From Priapulus caudatus (lineage: Eukaryota): 64,000 bases of DNA. The stretch covers positions 789,434-853,433 of the forward strand of contig NW_014577063.1 in assembly GCF_000485595.1 (NCBI RefSeq), read 5' to 3'. Both the position numbers and the translations under genes were made by a program. Shown here piece by piece: positions 62,701 through 64,000 of this stretch. The notes below the pieces were generated by a model, which made no database searches, was not told the DNA's origin, and was given only the letters and a program-made list of their open reading frames with translations. Position 1 is the first letter of the stretch, and each line of letters begins with the position of its first letter.

Positions 62701-64000
62701 GGTGGTGAGTATTTGGATGGTGGGTGTGACGCTGACACAACTTCATAATTAACTTGGAAAATTTGTAACATATACACAGTATGTTTTCGTATGGTGATAA
62801 ATAACATTTACAACTGTTTTCTCGTGATACCAGAAAACCTTCCCACTGCTGATAGCTCTCCAACGTTTGCTGAACGGCAGCCATGACCACGGACAACCCT
62901 GGTCCCACTTTCAGGACCAAAAGGGCACCATTTTACCTAGATAGATTTGCTACCGCTAGACTACGCTGAAACGTGGCTTGTGCGTTGCGCTTGTAGTAGC
63001 TCTAGTACTAAAGCCCGCGTATATGGCATGTTTTTTGTTTCATAATTCGATTTTTGTTTTATGGTTGATTTTATCACATATAACATTTGATTTATCACAT
63101 ATAACATTCGATTTATCATATATAACATTTGATTTATCACATATATAACATTTGATTTATTGCATATAACATTTGATTTATCTCATATAATATTTGATTA
63201 TTTAATCATATGTTATATGCAATAAATCAACAATAATTCTCTGTTTTAAATGTTCACATTATTTGATTTTATATCAGAAAAGAGAATCAAACCATTCGAT
63301 CCTGGCATCAAACCATTCGGTTTTGGAATCGAATGCTTCGATTCACGGATCGAATGCTTCGATTCACGGATCGAATGATTCGATTCGCGGATCGAATGAT
63401 TCGATTCGCGGATCGAATGCTTCGATTCGCGGATCGAATGATTCGATTCGCGGATCGAATGATTCGATTCGCGGATCGAATGATTCGATTTGCAGATCGA
63501 ATAATTCGATTCCAAAATTGAATGATTCGATTCCAGAATCAAATGATTCGATTCCAGAATCGAATCATACGATCCTGAAATTTATACCGGACCACGTTTC
63601 CGACTCAAGCGCCATCTATCAACAACTTGAGCAAAACGGCACTAGTTCAACTGGAGCATTTTTACATTATGATAATTAATAAATTTCTATAAACTATTAT
63701 AGCTCATAATAAGCAGAAGATATCAAATAATAATGTTACAATCTATTCTTAGCATTTTGAGTTGACAATGGGTAGTTTTGAACAATGTTTATGTTCAAAA
63801 CACCACACCAGCAAACCACCGCGAAAATGGCACACACTCGTTTTGTGTCTAGTCAACTTTGATTAACTCGTCCCGCTCCTCCTGCACCTCCATCTTACAC
63901 GCCCTCTATGATAGGTCCCTGCTACCGTGTCTGGTGCTACTCAACTCTCCTCCGCAGTCTTTCTCCCACCTACTCCGTCGTACTCCTCACCTTTCTCCAC
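59736..64000. repeat. Second copy of ~48269-52900 (PPP1R21 introns 1-4 region), same orientation, runs off the window
   Basis: Continuous co-linear homology with numerous small indels. Confidence 0.93.
59944..62155 (-). CDS. PPP1R21: PPP1R21 exons 2-4, intact duplicate copies (62155-62087, 60893-60750, 60060-59944)
   Basis: LRAQVPVLKKAVLDEQSKEAQLK / EHVKEKDQAIRKFQQEIESLDFRNAQLTKRVTLLQGELDDMLARKRNK / NRQGQAQ...VLSEELQSKIEENAQLHTE; all phase 0 with canonical AG/GT; KLRAQ domain. Confidence 0.9.

Noticed and set aside
16160..63572. CRISPR-like interpretation of any tandem array
   Set aside because: No constant repeat with unique spacers, no cas genes, and the context is eukaryotic.

Overview
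Repeat-rich, intron-containing animal genomic DNA, probably an invertebrate. TTAGGG-type repeats suggest a non-insect, non-nematode host (inference). Three spliced genes can be rebuilt by hand. (1) A plus-strand type-I membrane protein with two CRIM1-like Cys-rich modules (21995-35511; first exon not found). It has two tandem, related, phase-compatible terminal exons, each with its own transmembrane helix and tail. (2) A 20-exon minus-strand PPP1R21/KLRAQ1 (FERRY subunit) gene, 55513-39110, about 745 aa, with one GC-AG intron. (3) The 5' part of an optineurin/NEMO-like gene on the plus strand (55963-~59627), head-to-head with PPP1R21, with 449 bp between the start codons. The in-place PPP1R21 exons 2-4 are full of small insertions. 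A clean, in-frame copy of the same exons sits at 59944-62155, most likely a long-read gap-fill or assembly duplication. Bases 1-2991 recur at 10030-12896, next to a 644-N gap. The rest is microsatellites, satellites and many non-autonomous DNA transposons: CA...TG fold-back MITEs with 7-8 bp target-site duplications (TSDs), Helentron-type HINEs, elements carrying telomeric repeats, and one triple-nested insertion. I found no clearly new biological system. The best candidates for novelty are the dual-TM-exon mini-CRIM1-like gene and the transposon families. All homology calls come from remembered protein sequences, not from searches.
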